Shown piece by piece: positions 1 through 11,824 of a stretch of DNA of 64,000 nucleotides (within the stretch, counting starts at the first letter, position 1; each line of letters starts with the position of its first letter). The translations under genes and the position numbers were made by a program. The DNA is from Callorhinchus milii. Taxonomy: Eukaryota. The notes under the pieces were generated by a model, which was not told the origin of the DNA, searched no databases, and was given only the letters and a program-made list of their open reading frames with translations. Where the stretch lies: NCBI RefSeq assembly GCF_018977255.1, contig NW_024704742.1, positions 81,656,001 through 81,720,000 on the forward strand. Reading direction: 5' to 3'.

Positions 1-303
1 TGCAAAAACCAATCCCCATCTCCCTTCACAGAGCAAAGACCAGCCTGCTTCATGCCCATTGCCTGCTCAGCTCCACTCCGCTCAACCCCACTCTCAGAAG
101 AAGAGCTTTCATCCACTCCTTCCCTGCTCTCTGGAACTCCATCCCAGAGACCCTATGCTTTGCCACCTCCCTCCTTGCCTTAAAACCCATCTATTCAACT
201 GTGCTTTCCCTTCCCCTAATTCAGGCTCCATTCAGCTATGTAAAGCATTTTGAGATGTCCTTCTGACATGAAAGGTGCAGTATAAATGTATAAATTTGTG
301 TTG
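1..303 (+). mobile_element. L2-clade LINE 3' fragment (old)
   Basis: ctctggaactccatccc (LWNSIP) and aaaacccatctattc (KTHLF) motifs, then an L2-type tail aagcattttgagatgtccttctgacatgaaaggtgc. Confidence 0.8.
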
Positions 304-532
304 TAACCATGTTGTACAAAGCAATATCCCTCCAGTTTTTTTTATGACAGAAATAGATGCATAGGTGGAAAGATGTGTAAAATTGCTCAGAGGCTCATCA
401 AGTTCACTGTTTGGAAAAATCCCCTTCCAATCCATCTCTTTCACAATATTAGCCTGTGGTGAACCCACCTCCTGTGGCTGTGATCAAGAATTTACAGTAT
501 GGAATAATGATCATAACTTTGTGTCCTGCTAG

Positions 533-725
533 ATTTTATACTTGATACCTTAGCACATCATTGAAATATCTCAAGGCACTTTGCTGTAAAGTGTAGTGAC
601 TGTATACTTGTTGATGAATGAAGCGGCCAATTTGCACACAGCAATGTCCAGCAAACAGTCACAAAGTCAATGATCAATTCTGTCTATGGTATTGTTAGCC
701 AGTTTACCAGGAGAAACTCCCTCTA
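533..725 (-). mobile_element. Deu-domain SINE (family B) 3' half
   Basis: Reverse complement matches the 3' half of the copy at 30656-31098 (gccaatttgcacacagcaatgtcc, ggagaaactccct). Confidence 0.75.
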
Positions 726-1239
726 TTAACTGAGCGCGGAATCAATTAAAACCAGGCAAGAGCACTTGAGACTGAAAATGGCTGAAAATTTGTTCTACAG
801 AGAAATCTTCTGGACTTGAAAATAATGTACTCCACCTTGCTGAAATTGCAATAACTTGGAATAAATTCCCTCTCAAAATGATATTTTGTTGAAGAAAAGA
901 TCATAGGACCTTTTCCGACTTCAAATAATAATTACGTATTCTCTTTGGAAATGACGGCTCTTTATGGCAACTTACAGCTGCCCTGAAGCACTTAGCAATG
1001 AAGCCATCGATTGACTCGCACAATGTTTGTGAATATTGCTTAAAACATTTTAGCATCAAAAATCCAGTACACACAAACTGTATTCTTACAGTTTATGGTA
1101 GGATACAAATGCTAATGGTAGAAGTGCTTAAGGAGAAATGTCCTCTTCCTTGAGAAAAAAAAAATTACTCAAATGGGAAGCATATAATCTTTCTCCTCAA
1201 GCTGCCATTCTTCGCGAGGACAGACAATGAGTTTCAGTC

Positions 1240-1400
1240 AACAAACTAATTGATAAATGATGGGTGGTGTGGGGTGGGGGAGAAACAGCTGAATCTAATC
1301 CTGGTTTTAACCAATTTCCACACAGATTTTCCATTCAGGAATCAATGGTTTTCAATGAGGAATGAGAATCCTGGCTATGGTTTGTGCTGTTGGAGGGTAC
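1240..1400 (-). repeat. Ancient unclassified SINE-like repeat (family D)
   Basis: Diverged similarity to 1925-2075 and 36520-36690, and by recollection to an abundant ancient shark repeat. Confidence 0.4.
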
Positions 1401-1924
1401 TTGAGAACAACAACAAACATTTATATCCACTTCACAAAATAATTTGTGAAGCACTTTGAGACATTTTGATGACAGGATAAGGCGATATATCAAATGCAAG
1501 TATTATTATTTTAGCACTCTTCACGTGAGTAGTTTCTTGGGACGCTTACCCTGGGTGCCTTTGCTCTCGGCGGAGCTGGGCTGTGAGATATATTCATTAT
1601 TAAGACATCAGCTGTTCTCTTTCATTCCAGAAATGTACAGAAGGGAAGAAAGGAAGCTCTCCATTATACCCAAGCAATAGTTCAGTTAGTAAATGCACTG
1701 GAACTGAAACATACACATCAGAAGAGGTGTACAGGTTTATGTTAGGAGGGACATGGTGTGAGTGAAGGGGTGGGTGTTGGGGTGAGGGAGAGAGGTAAAG
1801 TGAATGAGGGAGGGAAGGTGAAGTGAGTGAATGGGGAAGGGCAAAGGAGTTTCTCCCAGTAGCAAACCAAACTATGGGCCAAGTGGCCTTTAATTTTTGC
1901 TCCCTCCTGTCTTTGCATCGATGT

Positions 1925-2075
1925 ACACCAGAAAGGTCTTGAGTTCTATCTTGGTCTGTGATGACTTAGCTGATCCAAGCTGGGTGAGACTGCTAAATTA
2001 AGTGAATATAAAATTAGCTGGCCAGATTAGCAGTTGGTTTAGCAACAGGGAATAGATGGTGATGGTAAATGGAAA
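1925..2075 (+). repeat. Ancient unclassified SINE-like repeat (family D)
   Basis: B-box-like gagttctatc followed by ggtctgtgatgacttagctgatc; related to 36520-36690. Confidence 0.4.
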
Positions 2076-2550
2076 AAACGTTCCGACAGTGGCTTATAGA
2101 GTTTCACGTGGATCCATTCATTCTGGGGTTCCTATAGTTCACATCGTTCTTAAATGCCTTGGTAAAGACCATTAACTGTGTTGTTATAAAATCCACTAGT
2201 GATAATAGATTGAGGCAATTCATCAGATGAGCCAAGTGGAAGCAAATATAATATATATAATAATAATAATGGATTTAATGTAGATATAATACACATTTAC
2301 ATGCTATATTAGCATCTTTCACCGCGCAGTCCCCATTAATTATAGCTCTGATTTGTTTATAATCAAATGAAGTGTGGACTCCATTCCTTGTGCATGCATA
2401 CAGCCAGTTGGCACAGTTCACTGGCCAGTTGCAGAGCCCTAAACATGATTGATTTCCAGGTCATCAGGTTGTATCACTTCCTGTATGCTATTCATTACCT
2501 GTCCTTACTCAAGACCACACTGAGTTCCATTGCAGTGCTTTTTATGTTTG

Positions 2551-3060
2551 GTCAGTCAGGTATCCTGACACATGCGTAAACCAATCACTATGCTTAAGAG
2601 TATTCAAACCAAGCTGAGATTGCCATGCATCCCACCTACACATGGAAATCATAGAGATATTTATTGGAATGGAATGCGCACTCTTTCCCTGGAGGGACAC
2701 ATCCTGGTTACCTAATTCCAGAAAGTATTAGGCGAAGATTGGTAAGTGCCAAGGCTTGGGGACCCCAGAGTGTGTGTTGGGATACTACTGGAGTCAAACC
2801 AGCTAAACCGCATAGCTTGCCATTGATAACAATGTCTGGTAAGCTTTCCCACTGCTTGTCCAACTAGAACCATCCTACCCATTAGGGTTTTGGCTTGCAG
2901 GGTTCATAGGAGCTGAGTAAAATGAGCCCCTGCCCCCAGTGGATAGTCTGCCCTTCCAAATCCTACCGATGAGCTAGGCTGTCATCAGCAGTGGCCTGGA
3001 GTATTGTGGACCCGCCTGGCTTGAACTAGATTTCTAAGACCGCCACAGAGGGTAGCTCAA
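2551..3060 (-). mobile_element. Unclassified interspersed repeat family C, longest copy
   Basis: Clearly similar to 20119-20305, 26252-26577, 35340-35413, 48528-48805 and 58988-59066, with one shared terminus. Confidence 0.8.
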
Positions 3061-3271
3061 TACTGACATTCCATTGCCAAACATGTCACCTTAGAGTTAG
3101 TTCAGCTTCAAGAAGACCCCACTTACCTCCTCCCAAAGTAGTGCTCCTATTTCTAACACTTACCTGAAATTAACTTGGCAGAGAGCAAGACACAAACCTA
3201 TAAACTGTTGGGCAGTGCTGTATCAGAGAGTTACAAAAATGTGCAGTTTTGTGCACCCAATGTTCATGAGT

Positions 3272-3600
3272 ATTAATAATAACAATAATAATAATCCTTG
3301 CATTTGATATAGCGCTTTTCACGTCGGGAGGACGTCCCAAAGCGCTTCACAGAACACACTGTAAAGTGAATTGACTGTATATTTGTGGGCGAACGCGGCA
3401 GCCAATTGCGCACAGCAATGTCCCACAAACAGTTGTAGATTGAAAATGACCAATTTATTATTGTTTTTGGTTTTGGAGGGATTATTATTAGGCGTGTGGA
3501 GTAAGGAAACTTGCCCAAGGTTTCGCCCTGTGCCTGGAATTGAACTCAGGTCTCTCGCTTGCAAAGCGAGTGCTCTAACCACTGAGCTACAGGACTCCAC
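3272..3600 (-). mobile_element. tRNA-Ala-derived SINE family A, short/young form, full length
   Basis: A box TAGCTCAGTGG, anticodon arm CTCGC-TTTGCAA-GCGAG, B box GAGTTCAATTCC, Deu-like 3' body, L2-type stem-loop and (TTA)n tail; AGTATTAA repeated at 3269-3276 and 3601-3608 (probable TSD). Confidence 0.95.
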
Positions 3601-3640
3601 AGTATTAAAGAATCAGAGGAGGTTAAAGGAAAAGCAGTAG

Positions 3641-3745
3641 GGATGTGTTGCTCAATTTATGAAGATAGGCTTACAGAACTGAACTTGTTCTCATAAGAAA
3701 AAAAGATTTGCAGAGGTAGGGACCATGATCAAATTGTTTTAAATG
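3641..3745 (+). mobile_element. CR1 LINE ORF2 C-terminal fragment
   Basis: Translates to YEDRLTELNLFS followed by a degenerate RRLRGD.I motif typical of CR1. Confidence 0.65.
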
Positions 3746-3763
3746 CTTATATTTTTTGGGGGG

Positions 3764-3990
3764 TCAGCCTTACTCAGTGGGAGGCACTTTTCTACCTTGA
3801 GTCAGAAAGCACTGTGGGTTTATCATTGTCATCAAAACTCTAAGCACACAGTCAAGGCTGGGACTTCAGGACAGTACTGGAGGAGTGCTGGATTGTCGGG
3901 TGTGCTGTGCTTCAGATACAATATTAAACTGTGGTCCCATTTTGATGTTGAAGTAAGAATGTTAAAGATCCCAAGACACTGTTCATAATA
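3764..3990 (+). mobile_element. Deu-domain SINE (family B) 5' part
   Basis: tRNA-like head (ctcagtgg...tgagtcagaa) and Deu core gttaaagatccca. Confidence 0.75.
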
Positions 3991-4040
3991 AATAATAATA
4001 GTCCTTGCGTTTGGCACCTGATCACATCATGGAGTCTTAT

Positions 4041-4156
4041 AGTAATAATAATAATACTTTTATTTGATATAGCGCTTTTTACGTCTTCCAGATGTCTCAA
4101 AGCGCTTCACAGAATATACTGTAAAGTGTATTGACTGTATATTTGTGGTCAAAACG
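4041..4156 (-). mobile_element. SINE family A 3' fragment
   Basis: Reverse-complement tail and (TAA)n. Confidence 0.85.
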
Positions 4157-4209
4157 TCCACAAATATACTGTATTTATAATTTATAGCTTATAAACATTT
4201 TTTATATAC

Positions 4210-4580
4210 TATAGCTCAGTAGTTAGAGTACTCGCCTCGCAAGCGAGAGACCTGGGTTTGTTTCCCAGCAGGGCGAAATGTTGGGCAAGTTTTCTTACTC
4301 TACACGCCTCTGTTTACCTAGCAGTAAGTAGGAACCTGGTTGTTAGTCGATTGGTGGATTGTTTTTCTGGGGGTAATAATTCCTTCAAAATAATAATAAT
4401 AAATTGGTCACTTCAATCCACGACTGTTTGTGGGACACTGCTGTATGCAATTGGCTGCCGGGTTTCGCCCACAAAATATACAGCCAATTCACTTTACAGT
4501 ATATTCTATGAAGCACTTTGAGATGTCTCGAAGATGTGATAAGTTGCCATATCAAGTGCAAAGATTATTCTTATTATTAC
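4210..4580 (+). mobile_element. SINE family A, long/old form
   Basis: tRNA head with CGC anticodon loop, internal ctgtttacctagcagtaagtaggaacc segment, tail gagatgtctcgaagatgtgataag. Confidence 0.92.
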
Positions 4581-4964
4581 TATCTTCAAGCCGTCGCAAA
4601 GCATTTCACAAGGTATAGTGTAAAGTGGTATGACTGTGTGTTTTACGGGTGAATGTGGCAGGCGATTCTGCGCACAACAATGGAATGAGTGACCAATTTT
4701 ATTTGGGGCATTGTTGGCCGGGGTAACATAGTTGAAATGAGAAAGGAGTTTCTCTGGTGTACTAGTCAACAATGTTATATTGGTCATTTACTTCTGTGTA
4801 ACCTGCTGCATGAAAGTGGCTGCTGTAAATTCACAGTCACTACACCTGACAGAAACTCCCTGTAAAGCACTTGAGATATTTTGACATTTTAGGCTCTATA
4901 TTAAGTGCAAGGATCATTGTCAAAATGCTGACAGGCATAGATGATATAGATAAAAGCATGCTTT

Positions 4965-5235
4965 CTTACATTGACCAGGAGAAAAAAATTGGACAGCAGA
5001 GGTTTGAAAAGCCTCAAGCAGACTGGAGATGAGAAGAATTCTTTTAACTCACAGTGTTCAATATGCTGAACAGACTTCCAACAAAAGCAGTGGATGCTGC
5101 GCTGATCAGCTTCTTAAAAATGAACTGGGCATGTATCTGCCTCAGAACAACACTGGAGGATGTAAAGATGTGTACAGATTACGATGAACAAACATAATTC
5201 TGTGAATGTTCTGACCTTTCGAATTATTTTATGAA
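4965..5235 (+). mobile_element. CR1 LINE 3' fragment (old)
   Basis: Degenerate RRNSF...NRLPTKAVDA and LKNELGMYL motifs. Confidence 0.6.
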
Positions 5236-5544
5236 TTAGACACAAATTAGATGCCATTGGCTATGTGGAGCTTTCCCCCTGGTGAGTGAGAGGTAGTGGG
5301 CAGGATGGACAATGATTAGACAATGAAGTGAGTGATTCATCAAAGGCTTTTCCTTATTCTATGTTTTATTAAAGTGACATAGTTAAGAGTACCCTAACAT
5401 GTACCATATCACTAACTGATAACAGAACGCTAACTGACCCTGACACTAAAACTAATTATTAACCCCAGTCACTAAATGTAATCCTAAAGACAGGTGTCAG
5501 CCTGGTGGGGTGGGTTGCACTCAGAGTCAGAAAGATATGGGTTT

Positions 5545-5765
5545 GTTACGTACCTTTCTGACCTTCTAAAATTTTATCCACCCGCCCTTTCCCTCTGCTC
5601 TGCAGGCACTTCAAACTTCACATCCCTTGCTCTGCCTGCTCAACCATTGGTGATCAGGCTTTTAGCCTTTTTGCTTTACTAGCCTTTTTGCCCCCACTCT
5701 CTGGAACTCCATCCCCTCCCTATGCGAAAGTAGCTATTTAAATGCAATTTGTTGTTGTTGTTGTT
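5545..5765 (+). mobile_element. L2 LINE 3' fragment
   Basis: ccctctgctctgc, ctctggaactccatccc and (TTG)n tail. Confidence 0.7.
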
Positions 5766-5934
5766 CAACAAGTCGGGATTGGAATACATAGCATGGGCCC
5801 ACACTCCTTTACAATGCTGGAACCATCACATTTTCTGATTGCTGTGATAACTTGCCCACTGGTGAAGCAAGTCTTTAATTGAAACACTCCGTAGTAATCT
5901 AATAGTAATCCTTGCATTTGACATAGTGCCTTAT

Positions 5935-6961
5935 CCCACATGTATGGGGATGACACCCAACTCTATCTTTCTGCCTCTACCCTTGACTCCAGGACCACTG
6001 CTGTCCTGACAGAATGTTTGTCAGACATCAAGTCCTGGATGAGAGCTAACTTTCTACAGTTGAATGTCAACAAGACCGAGGCTCTCCTGAATGACTCCCA
6101 TCGCTATACAAATATAATTTTGTTATTATTGGTCTTGTTGTCAGTGCCCCCACACCTCAGACACTGACAGCATCACCATCCAAGGATGTACACTCCACCT
6201 CACTGAGCCAGTCCGGAACATCGGCTTCTTGTTTAAACTTCAACTATCCTTTCTACCCCATATCCATGCCATGACCTGCTCTGCTTCTGCCACCTTCGCA
6301 ACATCGTCCGGCTCCGCCACTGTCTCACATCGCAGGCCGCCGAGTCCCTCATACACGCATTCATAACATCCAGGCTTGACTATGCAAACTCCCTGCTTGT
6401 CAGCCTCCCCAACATCTCCCTCCATATGCTGCAGATCATCCAGAACCCTGCAACCTGTGTCCTCTGCCACACCAGGTTCCATGACCCTATCAACCACATC
6501 CTCGCCCGACTCCACTGGCTTCCCATCACACAGAGGAAACAGTTCAAGATCCTGGTCCTCACTTTCAAACCCCTCCATCGTCTTACTCCACCTACCTCTG
6601 CGACCTCCTAACGCCCTCCCCACCCACCATCCTGCCCGCTCCATCTGCTCGGCGGGCTCCAGCCTGCTTCATGTCCCCCATCTAGCCCGCCTCACCATTG
6701 GCAGGCGAGCCTTCTGCCACTTTGCCCTCACCCTCTGGAACTCCATCCCACAGTCCCTCCGCCTCGTCCCCTCACTTGCCTCCTTCAAGACCCATCTTAA
6801 GACTCTCCTCTTTAACCGTGCTTTTGATCACCCTCCTTCCCCACCTGCCCTCCACCCTCCCCAATCGGGACCCCCAGTTCGGGTCCAAAACTCTGACTGT
6901 CCAGCGCCTTGGACATCCTCCCGATTTGAAAGGCACTATACAAATGTTATTATGTTATTGT
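5935..6961 (+). mobile_element. 5'-truncated L2 LINE (RT C-terminus to 3' end), frameshifted
   Basis: YGDDTQLY RT motif, LSDIKSWMRANFLQLN, RLDYAN, LHWLP, LWNSIP, FKTHLKT and tail stem-loop; a short L2 tail is inserted at ~6102-6130. Confidence 0.95.
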
Positions 6962-7359
6962 AAATAAGGATCTGAAAATGACATGCTTGCTGGAACCTCT
7001 CCCTCAATCCCTGCGCCTTGACCCTCTCTCTCCCTTTTCAAGTTCCACCTGAAAACCTTCATTTTCGACCGTACCCCTCATCCAATGTTGACAGGGTTAA
7101 TAAGAATATGTGGCATAGAATGAAAGTGCTGGCAGGTACCCTTCCAAAGCAGGGTAGTGTGATTGGAATCTCAGGCATCAATCACTTTGGTATAGCAGAG
7201 GTGCTATTTGATGGTTGTCATCACCTATGTGAAAAAAAATATTAGAAGGTATGGGGAAACATTTGCACAAGAATTGAGAATAATCACTGACTTCTGCAGT
7301 TGCTTTTGGCTACATGGTGTACAACAATACATCCGGAATGAGCGCTGCTCTTTCTGACT

Positions 7360-7522
7360 GGCATTATTTAATGTTTAATGTTTCACATGCAATACGGCAC
7401 CTCTGAGAGTGTCTATGACTAAGAGTAGAATGCGTTGATTATGAGTTCAAAGTCTCAACATGGATCTTGAATCCACAACCTTTTGACTCAGGCAAGAATG
7501 CTACAAATTAACTCAGCCTGAC
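7360..7522 (-). mobile_element. Deu-domain SINE (family B) head fragment
   Basis: Reverse complement of the tRNA-like head and ttaaacattaaa Deu part. Confidence 0.6.
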
Positions 7523-9654
7523 ACAAAATTGGAATTGGTGTGACATTCATCTGATTAGTTACAGGAGTCCTAATTTGTAAATTTCAGGATGCAAATATCA
7601 TATTTTCAGCCCCAGTATAACTCTTTCCAGTATAACTCATTTGTTTCCTTCCTTCTCGGTTACTGATTTTTAGCTGCGTAATCCAATGGTGATGATGATT
7701 CCAATTGTTATTCCTGTTGCTGTTCCCCTGACTCAGATTAGTTAACTCAGCAGACACCAGGAGTTGAACCAGTGTTTATTTTAAATTGGTCCATCTGGAT
7801 AGTGCTTTTACCAATTGATCTCTTCATTCTTTATATCATTTGGTTGTCTAGACATAGGAATAGCCAAAGATTTGGCAAAATCATGCCATCTTTTGTTGCC
7901 ATTACTAAACAAATATTGGTTTCCATGTACAATATTTATATCATCCTACAGACCAGGAATCCTTCTTGATTGGATGTAAATCCAAAGCTTCCTTGATACA
8001 TTCAACACACTAACTTCTTTCCCCCACAAGTTATTTTATAAGCAGTCATGTATACCTGGCTTTGTGTCAAGCAGGGTTGTAAGTTGCTCTCCGAAGTGCC
8101 TAATGGACTTGCGTGTTTCTGGAAAATGACCTTATGTATAAAAAAATCATATTTTAGTAAAATTGCACATAAAATGAAGCTGACAAGGGAATTGGTAGAC
8201 TTCATGGCTGGCATCAAACACTAGTCACAACTGCATGTCTTGCAGAGAACTGCAGGAATTTGTAGGATCAGCTAAGCATAAGAAACGTTGTCAGACATTG
8301 TGGATTTTTTTGTGTATATTTTCCCATTAGGATAAATTCCTTTCACAGTTCTTGGGCGAACATGTGGCTTACTGCACGCTACTCAACTAACTCTAAGAAC
8401 CTTGTGCCTCGCTCGTGGAGGCAATGGCGTCAGCTAATGTCACTTGCTTGACTGTATGGTAACCTGGGGTGCTGGCAGACATCTGTTCTGCTCTACTGTG
8501 CAATTCATCATTCAATCATTGAGCACGGAAGTCTTTTCATAACATCCAAACTCATGCAGAAGTGAGACAACAGATTGCTATTTCTGCTACTGGATGACGA
8601 TATTCACAGCAGACATCTTCAGCTCCCATCTGGAGGCTGCTATGTACTAAGACTGCTCTACAGCTCAGTGGTGCTACTACACATTTACACACAATCTTTT
8701 GCTCATTGAAGTAAAGCTGACACCAGTTTGACTCCTTTGCTTCTGACACGTATTTCATGACTTACGCTGTGCTAAGATGTGAGAATTAATACCTTATGTG
8801 TGTGTGAGTATGTGAGTGGTGGTGGGGGGGGTGGCCAGGATAAATATGTGACCATTTAATAACAAATAATTATCACATTGAATCTGTTATGAAAAAGGTC
8901 TGGGCCTAAGAATTGGGCCTGAAGAATTCCACAGAAATCAGAGTTGAGTTTGGCTAAAACATGATACTTACTTAACTCGTCAATATCGTGTCAAGCAGCC
9001 TCTCAGATCACAAACTTGGTTTGGATGAAGAAGGCTCTTCAGCCCAACAGATCTCGTTCTTCCATAACACACTTTTTAAATAAATCCAGTGCCCTGGACT
9101 CTACCACCATTTCTGGTAACCTGTTCTTGTGATTCATTACCCTTTGAATAAAGAAATACTGTCCTGAAATTGCCTTTTACAACTCTAAACCTATGTCCTC
9201 TCGTTCTACTCTCTTGATGCATCCTAAACTATTGTTTTGGGTTTACTTTTTAAATGCCATTTTATACACCTATAAGGTCCCCTCTGAAATGTCTCCTTTC
9301 AAGACTGAAAAACTACAGCTGATCTAATCATTGCTCATAATGCATTCTTCTAAGATAGGGATCAACCTTGCTGCTCTCCTCTGCACCGTCTCTAGGGCCT
9401 GGCATCCCCTTATGTCACAGTAATCAGAATTATTTGTAATATTTTAGATGTGCTCTTACCAGAGCAATGTACAGCCTGAGTATGATGTGTGAGGATAAAA
9501 ACTCAACTGATTTAGCAACATAGCCCAGCGTCCTGTTTGCCTTGTTTATTGCTGCCTGACACTGTTTTGACTCATAAGCGATGAGTTCACTAACACCACT
9601 AGGTCTCTTTCAGCTTCCCTTTTGGCAAGTTATTCCCTTTCATGGAGTACTTGC

Positions 9655-9720
9655 AAAGTACTTGGGATGACCTCCCAACATGAAAGGCGCTATACAAATG
9701 AAATTTTGTATGGTAATTTT
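9655..9720 (+). mobile_element. L2 tail-only insertion
   Basis: cttgggatgacctcccaacatgaaaggcgctatacaaatg, flanked by GTACT repeats. Confidence 0.75.
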
Positions 9721-9788
9721 GTACTGTACTCGTGTTTCCTATTCTTGAATCTTGTATGTAGTACCTTGTATTTATCTGTATTAAACTT

Positions 9789-10076
9789 AATAATAATAAT
9801 CCTTGCATTTGATATAGCGTCTTATCACAATTGCGCATAGCAGTGTCCCACAAACAGTAATGGATTGAAGTGACCAATTTGTTATTATTTTTTTTGAAGG
9901 AATTATTATCCCTGGAAAAGCAATCCACCAATCCACTAACAATCAGTTTCCTATTTACTGCTCAGTAAACAGAGGCGTGTGGAGTAAGGAAACTTGCCCA
10001 ACATTTTGCCCTGCCAGGAATCGAACCCAGGTCTCTCACTTGCGAGTGCCCTAACCACTGAGCTACAGGACTCCAC
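9789..10076 (-). mobile_element. SINE family A long form with internal deletion
   Basis: Head, internal segment and tail present; roughly 75 nt missing at ~9828. Confidence 0.9.
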
Positions 10077-10228
10077 ATTTATGCTATCAGCAGATTGTGT
10101 CTCAACGGAGCTTGGGATATCTTCTGCTGTGTTTCTGAAGTAATTCGGCACAAGTAAACACAATGAGAGCAAAGGTGAGCCTCAGAATCATCCACTTTCC
10201 CTGGGTTAGTTTCCTCAGTGTAAGTTAC

Positions 10229-10659
10229 ATAATAACATAGGAAATAGGAGCAGGAGTAGGCCATTCGGCCCCTTGAGCCTGCCCCGCCATTTAATAATAT
10301 CATGCCTGATCTAATAACCTAATTCCAATTATACGCCCTATCCCCATATCCCTTAATACCTTTAGTTTTTAAAAATCAATCGATCTCAGTCTTGAATATG
10401 TTCAATGACTGAACATCCATAGCCTTCTGGGGTAATGAATTCCATAAGTTCTTCTCTCCCTCTTTCTCAAACAGTATCTCCTGCTCCCAGCCTCTCCTCT
10501 ACTCACTTGATTGACTTTGGAGCTGAAACCTTTGACAGTAGTTCCACAATCCACGTTGCTAGCTTCTGTTTCCTCAGATATTCTCTACTATTTATTATTA
10601 TTATCACCTGTTCTTTTACCAGCGGAGATTCTCACTTCCGGCGCCTTAAAGCGGCGTCC
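10229..10659 (-). mobile_element. CR1 3' end (10229-10447) joined to a CpG-rich non-tRNA 5' segment; putative non-autonomous element
   Basis: LWNSLPQKA...FKTEID coding end, CR1 3'UTR and tatgt tail; GTTAC at 10224-10228 and 10660-10664. Confidence 0.6.
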
Positions 10660-11209
10660 GTTACTTTGTCAGATATCAGTTTGTGTAAGACCTTTGCTGC
10701 CTCTTCTGATTCCACAGAACCCCCAATATGGTGTCATCTGCAAGTGTAACTATTTTAACTGGAACTGTCAATCCAGGTCATTTTTTGGATTATTTTAATG
10801 CAAATAATCATCCATTTTCTTTCTGATAATTGACTCTATCATTTTTCCAATTATTGAGGTTAGGTTAATGGGTTGATATTTGACAGGTAAGGTTCAGATA
10901 ATACCTCCAAAACTGCAGAGGAGGCACCCACATTGCTGATATGGGGCTTGGACCCACAGTCTTCTGACACAGAAGTCAAAGTGATACCAACTATTGATGA
11001 TTACCTATTACCTTTTGCATAAGGTAAAAGTTATCTTACTTTCTAATGAGGTTCATCTGTCTGTGTCACCACCAAAATGTTATTGCTATTGTATTATTAT
11101 GAATTATATGCAGATAAAATGTACATATTTCAGGATTCACATTCAAATGCCTTTTTGATTTTAGCTTCTTTGTGCTCCTCTGGAAGGGAATGCACCGAAG
11201 ATAATGATT

Positions 11210-11793
11210 GTGGAGTCCTATAGCTCAGTGGTTAGAGCATTCACCTCACAAGCGAGAGACCTGAGTTCGATTCCCGGCAGGGCGAAATGTTGGGCAAGTT
11301 TCTTTATTCCACACGCCTCTATTTACCTAGCAGTAGGTACCCGGTTGTTAATCGATTGGCAGATTGCTTTTCTGGGCATAATAATCCTTTAAAAAAAAAA
11401 GTGGTCACTCAATCCACGACTGTTTGTGGGACACTGCTGAGTGCAATTAGCTGCTGTGTTTCACCCACAAATATACAGTCAATTCACTTTACAGTATATT
11501 CTGTGAAGCGCTTCAAGACATCTTTGCAAGCGAGAGACCTGAGTTCAATTCCAGGCAGGGCGAAACCTTGGGCAAGTTTCCTTACTCCTCACGCCTAATA
11601 ATAATCCCTCCAAAACAAAAAAAAACAATAATAAATTGGTCATTTTCAATCTACGACTGTTTGTGGGACATTGCTGTGCGCAATTGGCTGCCGCGTTCGC
11701 CCACAAATATACAGTCAATTCACTTTACAGTGTGTTCTGTGAAGCGCTTTGGGACGTCCTCCCGACGTGAAAAGCGCTATATCAAATGCAAGG

Positions 11794-11824
<31 letters not shown>

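Larger units (their letters stand above)
9005..10887 (-). mobile_element. Old CR1 LINE ORF2/3' end, broken by several later insertions
   Basis: Minus-strand translation gives PVKYQPINLTSIIGKMIESII (~10820-10887), ADDTILGG (~10720-10743), KFNTDKYKVLH (~9755-9788) and ERDL...KQCQAAINKANRTLG...ALETVQRRAARLIP; 3' end similar to 47990-48317. Confidence 0.85.

Noticed and set aside
2940..3000. Hammerhead ribozyme in family C (CTGATGA on the minus strand)
   Set aside because: No GAAA core at the right spacing and no convincing stems I/III.
3040..3058. CTCF site (ccgccacagagggtagc)
   Set aside because: Several mismatches to the core consensus.
6376..6963. 195-aa ORF (also 23637-24185, 24363-24956, 51874-52350) as host genes or an active LINE
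   Set aside because: Fragments of 5'-truncated, frameshifted L2 ORF2 with no endonuclease or ORF1.
7100..7330. CR1 ORF1 esterase-like remnant (VIGISGI...LC)
   Set aside because: Similarity too weak to call by eye.
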